Shown: piece by piece, positions 26,918 to 40,285 of the stretch
Position numbering within the stretch: position 1 is the stretch's first letter
Layout: each line of letters opens with the position of its first letter
NCBI GenBank assembly: GCA_951406725.2
Contig: OX597819.1
Location: 83,142,001-83,206,000 of the forward strand
Origin: Octopus vulgaris
Lineage: Eukaryota
Length of the DNA: 64,000 nt
Direction: 5' to 3'
Notes under the pieces: generated by a model
Told to the model about the DNA's origin: nothing
The model's database searches: none
What the model saw: the letters and a program-made list of their open reading frames with translations, nothing else
Made by a program: the position numbers and the translations under genes

Positions 26918-27300
26918 TGGAAGTGAAGTTCACCTCAGAAGAAAAGGCCAAAAAGCACTCAACAACCACCTTAAGGAGTTACAAACTCATCCTCAGCCCC
27001 ATTTACCTTGGCTGAAGTGTGTATAAAATAAGAATATTAAATATACCACCAGAAATCAACATCCACTGGTTGGTGGAAGCGGTTCTCTTTGACATAAAAG
27101 AGAAAGCCAGTATTCTGCAGATACTGAGAATACAGAAGATCATGTGTGGTTAACACAGATAGATCTGCCAAATGTCGAGGCCATCCCTAGCTTCATAACG
27201 CTACCAGATTGCACAAACCTTCACGTGGCTGTTGTGAGTAGAAGGACAAAGTGTCACTTGTGTGGGAACACAAATAACATAAGACATTTTACCCACATAA
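26918..27300 (+). pseudogene. L1/Tx1-like ORF1 (gag-like) relic
   Basis: EVKFTSEEKAKKHSTTTLRS...IRILNIPPEINIHWLVEAVL...TKCHLCG. Homologous to the ORF at 55867-56118 (-). Confidence 0.55.
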
Positions 27301-28271
27301 AAGGAACGGGCCTTAAGCATGCGACTGTAAATTGGGGAATGGTAGTTGTGAGGGGGCACTTGTCTAAGACCGTGATTTTTGTAGGACTTCCACGAATAGC
27401 TCTCAGAGGTTCTCCTATGCTGGGAAATTGGTCTTTGAATCTTTGTATTTATCTTTTGATAATTCTCTTGTTTACATATTTTTATGTAATCCCATATCAC
27501 ATCGTCTTGTGCTGGCCTTGATATTTTTGTCAATTTTGTGGTTAATAAAGAGATCATCATTTTAGCAGAAACGTTTGAGCATCAGAAAAATTACCTTGTT
27601 GAATTTGTTCCAAACCTTTGCGTTCTCACTTCAAATCCCGCAAAGGGAACTTTGCCTTCTCTGCGATCAAGAAAATAAAATGACAATCAAGTTATTGAGC
27701 CGATCGTTTCAACAAACCCATCCCCTCATAAGTGCTGGTTTTATGCGTAAATCAGAAAACGTTATTATATAAAACAAAATGAAGAGGCGGCGTACTAGCA
27801 GGAACCTTAGTATTGGACATATACTTTCTGGTATTTCTTTCGGCTCTATACATTCTGATTTCAAATTCTGCCAAATTATATTTGTCTTTCATCTTCTCAG
27901 GGTCGATAAAATAAAGTCGTATCGGAAAAATATAGATTATATTATACTTTTGCTTGTCCAAAGCATTTTCATGTTTGTCATAATCGTCCACGCTTGTATT
28001 CAAACTTTTCTTTAGCTCTTTCTTCAAACGTCCTGAGTAATATAAAGCTATCTTTTCTTAAGTTCCAAATTACACTGGTGATTGTAAATATTGCGAATGT
28101 GCAACATATATGGTACATGGTGGTTAAGGAAATACATCCTGTGAATCCCAAGTGATGCACAAGACAGACAAAGGATTAATTAAGGAACATGAGGAAAACA
28201 TTGAGTAGTGTCATATTTCATTACAAATTCTATCGCTTCAACAATATGTTTTCTTTTCTCTCTCTTCCTAG

Positions 28272-28354
28272 GTATTATAAAGAATATCTTGACTGTGCTG
28301 AGAAATCCAAATGTGAGGTGGACGAGGGATATAACAAACTTCTGGAGTGTAATG
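28272..28354 (+). CDS. Gene A internal exon (phase 2 to 1); YYKEYLDCAEKSKCEVDEGYNKLLECN
   Basis: Bounded by tcttcctag and GTAAGT. Length 83 nt. Paralogous to 52760-52842 (-). Confidence 0.88.
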
Positions 28355-29006
28355 GTAAGTAATTCATTATTTTTCGTAAGACAAAATCAAGGTGATTAAC
28401 GATGTGATTAACACGAAAATAAGGTGAATTAAATACTAATGTATGCAATTTAAAATAAAATTATAAAGACGAACCGACCTGGATTCTACACATTATTACT
28501 CCCTTACACACAAGTCATTACAGCTTTGCTGCGACACAAAACCTTTAGCTTCCAAGCAAGGTTTATGTTCCATTTACACTTCTCCCAGCAGAATATCAGG
28601 AACAAATATTTCCACTTACTCTGACTCAAAGTTACCCTTCCTCGTCACTTTAATCTGATTTACTGTTTCTACGAGTCATAATAAAATCTATGTATAGATT
28701 TTATACATAGATAAAATCTATACAGTAGTTTTTGTTTCTCTCTATTCCACCTGTTTTTATTTCTTCAAAATAGTTGTTATTTGTTCATGACCCCCAAAAT
28801 ATCATGCACTACATCAGCTTGTAATCTGTTCAATGAATATATATTTTTACATTCTTGGTTTTTAGTTTTTAACTGAATTTGCTGTTGTTGATAGAAGAAA
28901 AACGTAACATATAGACAAACAACAACCGGCTTACAGGCGTTATTAAATACTTCCTCAAAAACAAAATTCCGTTGATGTTCATATGTATTTTTCTTTTCTT
29001 TTGTAG

Positions 29007-29095
29007 GCGCTGCAAGCCGGAATATAATGTTCTCAATAATAATTCTTGCTTTACTAACTGTTCAGATGCTAGAGAGATATATTTCACTTTCCTAA
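29007..29095 (+). CDS. Gene A terminal coding exon with a GPI-signal-like tail; (G)AASRNIMFSIIILALLTVQMLERYISLS*
   Basis: ttttgtag acceptor and TAA stop at 29093-29095. Small residues are followed by a hydrophobic stretch. AATAAA motifs occur near 29343-29360. Paralogous to 44944-45032 (-). Confidence 0.88.
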
Positions 29096-29919
29096 ACATC
29101 AATGAGATTTATATATATATATTTTTTTATTTAGCGCACAGACTTAAGCTCTTCACATAGCATATATCGTTACATTTACGTATCACTTTCGCATAAGTAT
29201 ACATAACAAATTAGCTTTTACTTTACCTTGTTTTCATCGATTGATACAGACTTCGACATGTTCGACAGCAAAATAATCTTTGTGAAGTTATTAATATTTA
29301 CTAAAAAATATCTTTAACGTTCTTCAACACGTTTTGACATAAAATAAATTTACTAATAAATATGAATAGCCCTACTGTCTTGATTAAAACGTTTCAACCT
29401 ATTGAATAAATTAATATCTGCCACTAAAATTGCTTGAGAATTGCTCTTACCAATTTGGATAGTACCATGCTTATTATTCAACAACTAAAACATGTAATTT
29501 ATTCAGATTTTCGAAAATAAATTTATTAATATCCACTTTATGAAACTTCAAAGGATGGTTAACATTTTTGTATTGTACTACGCATAGAATCTGTCCAATT
29601 TCATCACTGAAAGATTCGGTACAACTTTCTCTAAATGTATTAATATGTGTTATAAATAATAAACATGCTACAATAAATAATGAATATTTTCTTTTACCAT
29701 AAATATAAGAGCTTCTTCTTCTTCTTCTTCTTCTTCTTCTTCTTCTTCTTCTTCTTCTTCTTCTTCTTCTTCTTCTTCTTCTTCTTCTTCTTCTTCTTCT
29801 TCTTCTTCTCCTTCTCCTCCGCCATCTTCTTCTTCTTCTTCTTCTTCTTCTTCTTCTTCTTCTTCTTCTTCTTCTTCTTCTTCTTCTTCTTCTTCTTCTT
29901 CTTCTTCTTCTTCTTCCTT

Positions 29920-30162
29920 ACCAAGAATTCACAACGACTTCGAACCCACAAGAGTAAACAAGAGAGACAAAGACAGGCAGAAACAAGGAAAATTCCACTT
30001 GTATTTGAATACTATACAAATATTCTTTTAAAAACACTTTTCTTTTAATTTTTCTAAATTTAATTGTTTAATTGTTACAGTTGAAAAAGTCTCAATGACT
30101 GAAACCGGTATTGAAATGTTCTTTCTAAAATTATTTTACCATTTTCTATCTTGACTTTTTTC

Positions 30163-30165
<3 letters not shown>
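29920..30165 (+). mobile_element. Single copy of the 9.7-9.9 kb ribozyme-bearing element
   Basis: Aligns with 9686-9910. Lies between (TTC)n and (CA)n/(TA)n. Confidence 0.8.
30075..30116 (+). ncRNA. Hammerhead ribozyme, U3-A8 variant
   Basis: CAG TTGAAAA AGTC-tcaat-GACT GAAA CCGG TA TTG. Stem II has a compensatory G-C to A-T change relative to the 9.8 kb copy. Confidence 0.68.
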
Positions 30166-30235
<70 letters not shown>

Positions 30236-30254
30236 ACATATATACATATATATG

Positions 30255-30356
<102 letters not shown>

Positions 30357-30359
30357 GGG

Positions 30360-31328
30360 AAAATATGTTCAAAAAAGGACAATTCAAACTTTTTGAGAGG
30401 TCTAAAAAAAGAGAAAAAATGATTTCTAATAAAGATTCATCAAATTCATAAAAAAACAGCGAGAGCAAATAATAAGACTCTTCAAGGCATAAAGGGCGAG
30501 TTCTATTTCTAATCCTATAAGAGGGGGCAGAAGAAACAATATTCCAAGAAACAGTAATTTTTGTTGTCTCTTTTAAGTTGCCATACCTTTATGGATAATC
30601 TAGTACTACTTTCTTTCCAAGGATCATTTTAAAGATGATTTATGAGTATTCAAACGTAATTTAAGAGGGGTCTGCTTGCAATCTATATAATGAAACCTGA
30701 AGAGATCATGTGTTGTAATAGTAGCTTTATATACAGCCTTTTTCGTTTTACAATTACCTATAACCTCACAGGTGTTAGGGTTTCCACAGTTACAATTGTT
30801 ACTAATATTAGACGTACTATTGTTGTGTGTATGTGTGTTGATAGAGGAAGAGTTTGTGTGAGCATGGGAATCGTTGGTAGAAGATACAGAGCTACTTGAA
30901 TAATTGGGGTTAGTATAAGTAGTAGAGGGGGTTAAATTCTTGCAGTAAAGATTTAGTTTTCTATTGTTAAAGGAAGAAATAATCCTAAATAAGTTAGGAG
31001 AAACAGAAAAGCCAAATTTAATCATTCGGTTATTGAATATCCCGGTTTACCTAGATTTACTAAAATTTGGTGTAATAATAGAACGAATAGAGTTTATAAA
31101 ATAAGACTACCAATGTTTAGCAAAAGGAAATATAATCCAAATAATGTTATTATTGTGTTTCTTATTGGTATGGTGGTTTTTATTAGACGGGTCGCCTATT
31201 CGAATAAAAGTTATAGGTTTCTTTTTACCTCTCTTCTTCTTCTTCTTCTTCTTCTTCTTCTTCTTCTTCTTCTTCTTCTTCTTCTTCTTCTTCTTCTTCT
31301 TCTTCTTCTTCTTCTTCTTCTTCTTCTA

Positions 31329-31381
<53 letters not shown>

Positions 31382-32690
31382 GAAAATATTGGACATCATT
31401 AAAGTTGGTTATGTAGTTGTGTGGGGAATTAAGATTATGCGAAGAAATAAGAGATTTTTTGTGTGTTACTATTTCCGGCTATATTAATGTTTTTTTCTCG
31501 CAATGACTGCCTGTGACATTACAATTGTTTATCATCATAGAAATATAGGTATTGGTAGAAATCTGGTTAGTAAAAGTCTTGTTATTTGGTCCATAGCTGT
31601 TAAAACTTTTCTTTTTTATGGTGGAGTTATCTTTACAAATATACTTCATAGAGTTAAGTTGTGTGCCAGGGTGTTCCAATTCGTGATGGTATCAAGAAAT
31701 TGTGGTGTGGTTATTGAAATTCATATCATAGGGATGATGCTCTGTTTGTAGTTCGAAATGCCTCTAACCGTAAAATCGAAAGATATCAGAAGAGATTACA
31801 TAAATTTGTCAAAAGCAATTGCTATGATTGGAAAATTCATTGCTAAATTTGTTGTACTTAATTTGATATTTATAACCAGCACTCCTAAGAGCCAGATTGA
31901 AATAGTATTTATGCTTATTAAAAATTTCTTCATTTGAGGATAATGAGTTAATTCTTATTTTCAATGTTATAAGGTATGTAATCAAGATTATTAGAAGGAT
32001 GATTGCTATGCACATGAATATAATTAATATTGCTATTAGGCTTATGGTATGGTTGGTAAGCTGAAGTAGTGAGGTTAAAATTTGCATCCAAGAAGTTCAC
32101 AGAAGTGTGATCCTGTTCGATGGTGATGGTAAGTCCATGGCTTTTGACAAATTTATGTAATCTCTTCTGATATCTTTCGATTTTACGGTTAGAGGCATTT
32201 CGAACTACAAACAGAGCATCATCCCTATAGAGACCACCTGTGAGTTCTTCATGGATTAGGTGTAGTAAATAAATCCTAAGTATATGACTTCGGCTGAGTC
32301 TTGCGCGCCCATTGGTATATCAAAGCAATTTGTTGTGTCCTTTCTAGTCTAAAATTTTCCTTGGTGATGAATTATGGTCTTCCTCGCCTCAAGTATAACT
32401 CTTATTTCCTTCATTAATAAGTTAATCCTATTCTTTGCAAAAATAAGAGCCTTATTAAGTAGAATAGGACTAATCAATTGATAGTAACTGTCAATGTCAA
32501 ATTGGAAGAATTTTGATTTATTCTAGTCGCTTAAGCATTGAAACCATTTAATAGTTTCCAGTGTGTTTGACCATAGGTGAATTGAAACTTATTTTGTATT
32601 AATCTAAATTTGATACCACACTTTTCTCCACCATTTTTCTATAATTGTTTATGGTATACTTATACCTATAACGACACTTTTCAACTATAT
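30360..32690 (-). mobile_element. Degenerate Penelope-like (Naiad-type) retroelement: RT + GIY-YIG
   Basis: CFDIPMGAQDSAEV, GLYRDDALFV and CNCGNPNTCEVIGNC..KAVYKA..HYID..LKLRLNTH motifs. (TA)n on both sides. Confidence 0.85.
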
Positions 32691-32764
32691 ATATATGTAT
32701 ATATATATAGATAGATAGATAGATATATAGATATATATATACATATATAGGCATATACATATAG

Positions 32765-32865
<101 letters not shown>

Positions 32866-32889
32866 GATAAAATACATATAGATATATAC

Positions 32890-32962
<73 letters not shown>

Positions 32963-32963
<1 letters not shown>

Positions 32964-34154
32964 CAGATCATCCCATAAGTTCTGGCCGAATTTTGAATAA
33001 AGAAAACATGTGTTCAAATGTTATATTGAATTGAAATTTAATCATTAATTTACTTTCCCTGATTATCTATGACTTCCTTCCATCTGTTTACAAGCTTTTT
33101 AATCCAATCAATATAAAACTCATTTGGTTTCAAAGTGAAGAACTCTGAAATGTCTGTTTTTCTGTTTCGACGTCCTCCTGGCTTGCGAAAGTTATGTCCC
33201 CCAAATGATTTTGTAAACTACGAAACAAATGGTAGTCTGAAGGACCAAGGTCTGGAGAATAAGGTGGATGAGGAATTTTTTCCCAACTAAGCTCTTCGAT
33301 CTTCTGTGATGCGATCTTTGCAGTGTGGGGTCGCGCATTGCCCTGATGAAACATTACTCCTTTTCGAGTAACTAAAGCGGGTCTTTTTTTCTGCAAAACT
33401 TGGTTCAAACGCTCTAATTGTTGACGGTAGACTTGAGCATTGATTGTTGCATTAGGTGGTAACAATTCAAAGTGAATTACGCTTTTGCAATCCCAGCAGA
33501 CGGAGAGAACCTTTTTTAACATTTCACATTTCTATAGAAGATTCATTTTTCGTCAGCAGCCACAAGTCTATCCAAAAAGGGGCAAATGAGTTCGCGAGAA
33601 TGGAGAGAAAAGCAGATATCAACTCGAGATTTGCGGTTGCTTTTGCACAATTCATGAGGCACCCACTTTCGAAGTTTAAGAATCTTTCCAAGTTGTTGAA
33701 GATGACGATGAACAGTTGCATGGTTGAACTCATTTTATTGTCAGTTTTTCAAATGATTATGCAGGATTTTCTTTAAGTAATACCTCAAGATGCTTATCAT
33801 CAAACTCAACTGGACGTCCGGTTCGATCTTCATCTTCAAGGTTGAAGTCTCCACTTCTGAATTTCGCAAACCATCTTTTGCAATTTCCTTCATTCTTGCA
33901 TTCTTTCCCATAAACTGAGTACATGTTTCGAGTCGCTTCAGGTGCAGAGTTTCCTTTTTTTTATACTCATAAAGCATTATGTGCCTTAAATGCTCTTTGG
34001 ATACTTCCATGTTAGAAAGTGTTTTAATCAAAGAAATTTTAATTCTATTATTCTGTAAAATAATATTTAATTCCATTAGACATTCTAAAATACTATTAAA
34101 TTTCATTCAATTTTAAAAAAGGTAAAATCGGACAGAACTTGTAGAATGACCTGA
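32963..34154 (-). mobile_element. Mariner relic A with both TIRs
   Basis: MEVSKEHLRH start and HPPYSPDLGPSDYHLF. TIRs tcagatcatcccataagttctg and cagaacttgtagaatgacctga. Flanked by TA. Confidence 0.92.
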
Positions 34155-34206
34155 TATATACATATATATACATATTGAAATCTATATACATATATACCTA
34201 CATACG

Positions 34207-34274
<68 letters not shown>

Positions 34275-34368
34275 ATCCAAACACGAAAGCACAAAAAAAC
34301 ACAAACACGCGAGGACGTGGAACAAATATAGTATTGTTGGACAATCAGGAAGGAAGGAAAGAAGGAGG

Positions 34369-34403
34369 GTTTAACGTTTCGAGCGGAGCTCTTCGTCGGA
34401 AAC
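34369..34403 (-). ncRNA. Minimal hammerhead, U4C variant, in a short element (about 34270-34418)
   Basis: Minus strand GTTT CCGACGA a GAGC-tcc-GCTC GAAA CG TT AAAC. Confidence 0.65.
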
Positions 34404-34411
34404 ATAAGAGA

Positions 34412-35250
34412 AGGAAAGTTTAAGTTCCTATAACCTGTGCTACTTCTGTTAACCCTTTAAAATGGAAGATAAAAAAGTTCATTTTCGGCACTTGATGCTT
34501 TTCTTTTTTCATGAAGGGGAAAATGCCTCACAAGCAACCAAAGAAATATGCGCAGTTTACGGTGATGTTTCTTTATCCGAAGGAACTGTATGGAAGTGGT
34601 TTGCAAGGTTCCGTGATGGAGATTGCAGTCTTGTTGATAAAGAGCGATCACGCAGATCATCTACTACAGATGATGGCCAAATCAAGTCATCAATTGAGAA
34701 TAACCCACATTTCAAAACCCGAGATTTGGCAGAAAGCCTCAACCTATCCAAATCCGTCATTCATGAGTACCTGGTAAAGCTTGGGTACACAAATTGCTGT
34801 GATGTTTGGGTACCACATGAGTTGAGTGAGAAGAACCTTTTGGATCCTATTTCCATCTGTGATTCGCTTTATAAGCGGAATGAAAACGCGCCTTTTTTAA
34901 AGCAGATTGTGACAAGTGATGAGAAATGAATTATCCACCGAAATGTTCAGAGAAAGCGATCCTGGAGTAAGCGACATGAGCCATCCTCAGCTACCCGAAA
35001 AGCGGGTTTTCACCCTAAAAATGTCTTGCTCTGTGTCTGGTGGGATTGGAAAGGAATTCTCTACTATGAGCTTCTTCCAAGTAACCAGTCAATTGATTCT
35101 GAGAAATACTGCACACAATGGACGAGTTAAAAGCAGCAATTCAAGAGAAACGTCCAGAATTGGCCAACAGGGAGGGTGTTGTTTTCCAACATGATAATGC
35201 AAGAACGCACGTTTCTTTCGGAACCAGACAAAAATTGCTGCAGCTCGGCT
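34412..35250 (+). mobile_element. Mariner relic B, truncated at both ends
   Basis: MEDKKVHFRH...WVPHEL...IVTSDEK. Close copy of 37480-38305. Confidence 0.9.
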
Positions 35251-35272
35251 ATGGCATGACCTGATATATATA

Positions 35273-36396
35273 TTAGGTCATGCCATAAGTTCTGTCCGAA
35301 TTAGGAATAAAGAAAACAAGGTGTTTAAATGTTATATTGAATTGAAATTTAATCATCAATTTACTTTTCCTGATTATCTATGACTTTCTTCTATCTATTT
35401 TCAAGCTTTTTAATCCAATAAATGTAAAACTCTTTTGGATTCAAAATGAAGAACTCTGAAATGTCAGTTTCGACGTCCTCCTGGCTTTCGAAAATTATGT
35501 CCCCCAAATGATTTTGTAAACTACGAAACAAATGGTAGTCTGAAGGAGCAAGGTCTGGAGAATAAGGTGGATGAGGAATTTCTTTCCCAACTAAGCTCTT
35601 CGATCTTCTGTGATGCGATCTCTGCAGTGTGGGGTCGCGCATTGTCCTGATGAAACATTACTCCTTTTCGAGTAACTAAAGCGGGTCTTTTTTTCTGCAA
35701 AACTTGGTTCAAAAGCTCTAGTTGCTGACGGTAGACTTGAGCATTGATTGTTGCATTAAGTGGTAACAATTCAAAGTGAATTACGCTTTTGCAATCCCAC
35801 CAGACGGAGAGAAGGACCTTTTTTCCATGAAGTTCCCTTCTAGGTTATGGTTGAGGTTTCTTCCATTTTACCAAGCCACTAAGTTGATATCTGCTCTAAG
35901 TTGATAACTTTTCCAAGTTTAAGAATCTTTCCAAGTTGTTGAAGATGACGATGAACAGTTGTATGGTTGAACTCATTTTATTGTCAGTTTTTCAAATGAT
36001 TATGCAGGATTTTCTTTAAGTAATACCTCAAGGTGCTTATCATCAAACTCAACTGGACGTCCGGTTCGATCTTCATCTTCAAGGTTGAAATCTCCACTTC
36101 TGAATTTCGCAAACCATCTTTTGCAAGTTCCTTCATTCATGCATTCTTTCCCATAAACTGAGTACATGTTTCGAGTTGCTTCAGGTGCAGAGTTTCCTTT
36201 TTTTGTACTCATAAAGCATTATGTGCCTTAAATGCTCTTTGGATACTTCCACGTTAGAAAGTGTTTTAATCAAAGAAATTTTAATTCTATTATTCTGTAA
36301 AATAATATTTAATTCCATTAGACATTCTAAAATACTATTAAATTTCATTCAATTTTAAAAAAGGTAAAATCTGACAGAACTTGTGGAATGACCTGA
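35273..36396 (-). mobile_element. Mariner relic A' with both TIRs and an internal deletion
   Basis: Close copy of 32963-34154, with HQDNARPH and SPDLAPSDYHLF. Confidence 0.92.
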
Positions 36397-36494
36397 TATA
36401 TACATATGTATACATACTGAAATATATATACATATATACAAACATATATATATATATATAGATATATACATACATACATACATACATACATACT

Positions 36495-36530
<36 letters not shown>

Positions 36531-36534
<4 letters not shown>

Positions 36535-37309
36535 AAATATTGAATTTCTAAATCTCTCGTAGAGACATGTACGGTGGTGGGGCGATAGAATGGTCGTATA
36601 CTGTCAATCTAACAAGAACGTGACAGTAGGGGGTACGCCACCGCTGTATAGCCCTAGGAAGCATCGAACGCCTCCTGATAGCTTTGACACATTTTTTTCC
36701 CCTGTGTCCTTATATACATATACGAAGGGGAGACAAACACCCCCGGCCGCCGGAACTGCATCTAGGGACACCGTGTTTCAGGATCGTTGTCCTTCATCGG
36801 CCTAGAGTAGCTGACACCGGTCAGCTGGTGATATTTGCCTCGACTTCGTAATTGTATATACATATATTCAGTGAAGTTTATTCACTGATTATCAAAATAA
36901 GAAATATTGAATTTCTAAATCTCTCGTAGAGACATGTACGGTGGTGGGACGATAGAATGGTTGTATACTGTCAATCTAACAAGAACGTGACAGTAGGGGG
37001 TACACCACCGCTGTATAGCCCTAGGAAGCATCGAACGCCTCCTGATAGCTTTGACACATTTTTTTCCCTGTGTCCTTATATACATATACGAAGGGGAGAC
37101 ATGAAGGACAACGATCCTGAAACACGGTGTCCCTAGATGCAGTTCCGGCGGCCGGGGGTGTTTGTCTCCCCTTCGTATATGTATATAAGGACACAGGGGG
37201 AAAAAATGTGTCAAAGCTATCAGGAGGCGTTCGATGCTTCCTAGGGCTATACAGCGGTGGTGTACCCCCTACTGTCACGTTCTTGTTAGATTGACAGTAT
37301 ACAACCATT

Positions 37310-37310
<1 letters not shown>
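36531..37310 (-). mobile_element. Retrozyme-like element: 367-nt unit, partial tandem copy and inverted copy
   Basis: The unit 36531-36897 restarts at 36898-37100. 37101-37310 is the reverse complement of 36588-36797. (TA)n on both sides. Confidence 0.88.
36761..36806 (-). ncRNA. Type I hammerhead ribozyme, U4C variant
   Basis: Minus strand TCTAGG CCGATGA AGGA-caacga-TCCT GAAA CAC-g-GTG TC CCTAGA, with a perfect 6-bp stem I and a GUC site. Confidence 0.85.
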
Positions 37311-39068
<1,758 letters not shown>

Positions 39069-39096
39069 TATATACATATGTGTATACGTATATATA

Positions 39097-39157
<61 letters not shown>

Positions 39158-39190
39158 ATACAAATACATGTATATATATATATATATAAA

Positions 39191-39252
<62 letters not shown>

Positions 39253-39282
39253 TATGTATATATATTTTTTTTTCAAATAGCC

Positions 39283-39345
39283 AGATAACCGAAGAGATGG
39301 TGTTGTGGATTTCCACTTCGGCATCTGAAACTCAGAGTTTTATCT
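39283..39345 (+). ncRNA. Hammerhead-like ribozyme (U4C, extended stem II) in a short (TA)n-embedded element
   Basis: AGATAA CCGAAGA GATG..GTGGA-tt-TCCAC..CATC t GAAA CTC-a-GAG TT TTATCT. Confidence 0.62.
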
Positions 39346-39441
39346 TGACTACCGAGTAATGTAACATATTGTATAGATAAATTTCCTCTATTTACATAAT
39401 ATTGAGGTCTCTTTCTTTCTTTTGTTATCTTACCGTTTTAT

Positions 39442-39504
<63 letters not shown>

Positions 39505-39529
39505 CGTCGCTAAAATCCGCGACCTGTTC

Positions 39530-39560
<31 letters not shown>

Positions 39561-39562
<2 letters not shown>

Positions 39563-40245
39563 AGAAGGTGAATGAATTATCCTAGTATGGATAATTCGGT
39601 TAACCGATACCTGGGTAGCAAATTCACGTCAGAAAACACGGTTGAAGCTATATGCCAAGAGCAGGGATCCCGTGTTCTCGTGTGTAAATTTGTGGGTTTT
39701 TTTAACTATGAATAAATGAAAGAATGGAGTCGAACGACGATTTTAACAAAATTCCTTTACTCTCGACACATGTTTCGAAGGCTGCATATTCCTAATTCCG
39801 AAGGAATAAAGGGTGCATTATGCCGCCATCTCATCAGGAAAGACAAGGTACTTATGTCAGCACCATGAAGAGCAAAAACTTTTAGATGACTGCCCACATG
39901 ATGTCCATAGTAATAATGAGTGTTTCTTTAAAATATCCCGTTATAAGCAATGACGTCAAAGTTGGTTGGATGGAGAATGTTCTAAAGAATTCAAAAGTTC
40001 AAATTTGGTTGGGAGGAGAAAGCTCTAGGAAGGGGATAGAGTGCAAGCTGCATCGTATGGGGATGCGTGGGTGTATTCTATTGTTAATGAGTTTGAGTGC
40101 TTGTGTGTGTGTATGTATGTATATAACTGGATTCGTGTCTGTGTGTGTGTGTGTGTGCGTGACTGTGTGTGTAGGGTGACAAATGTCAGAAACATTTAGT
40201 AGTGAGGTGACAGATTTGTGTCTGTGTGTTCGATTGTGGGTATAG

Positions 40246-40285
<40 letters not shown>

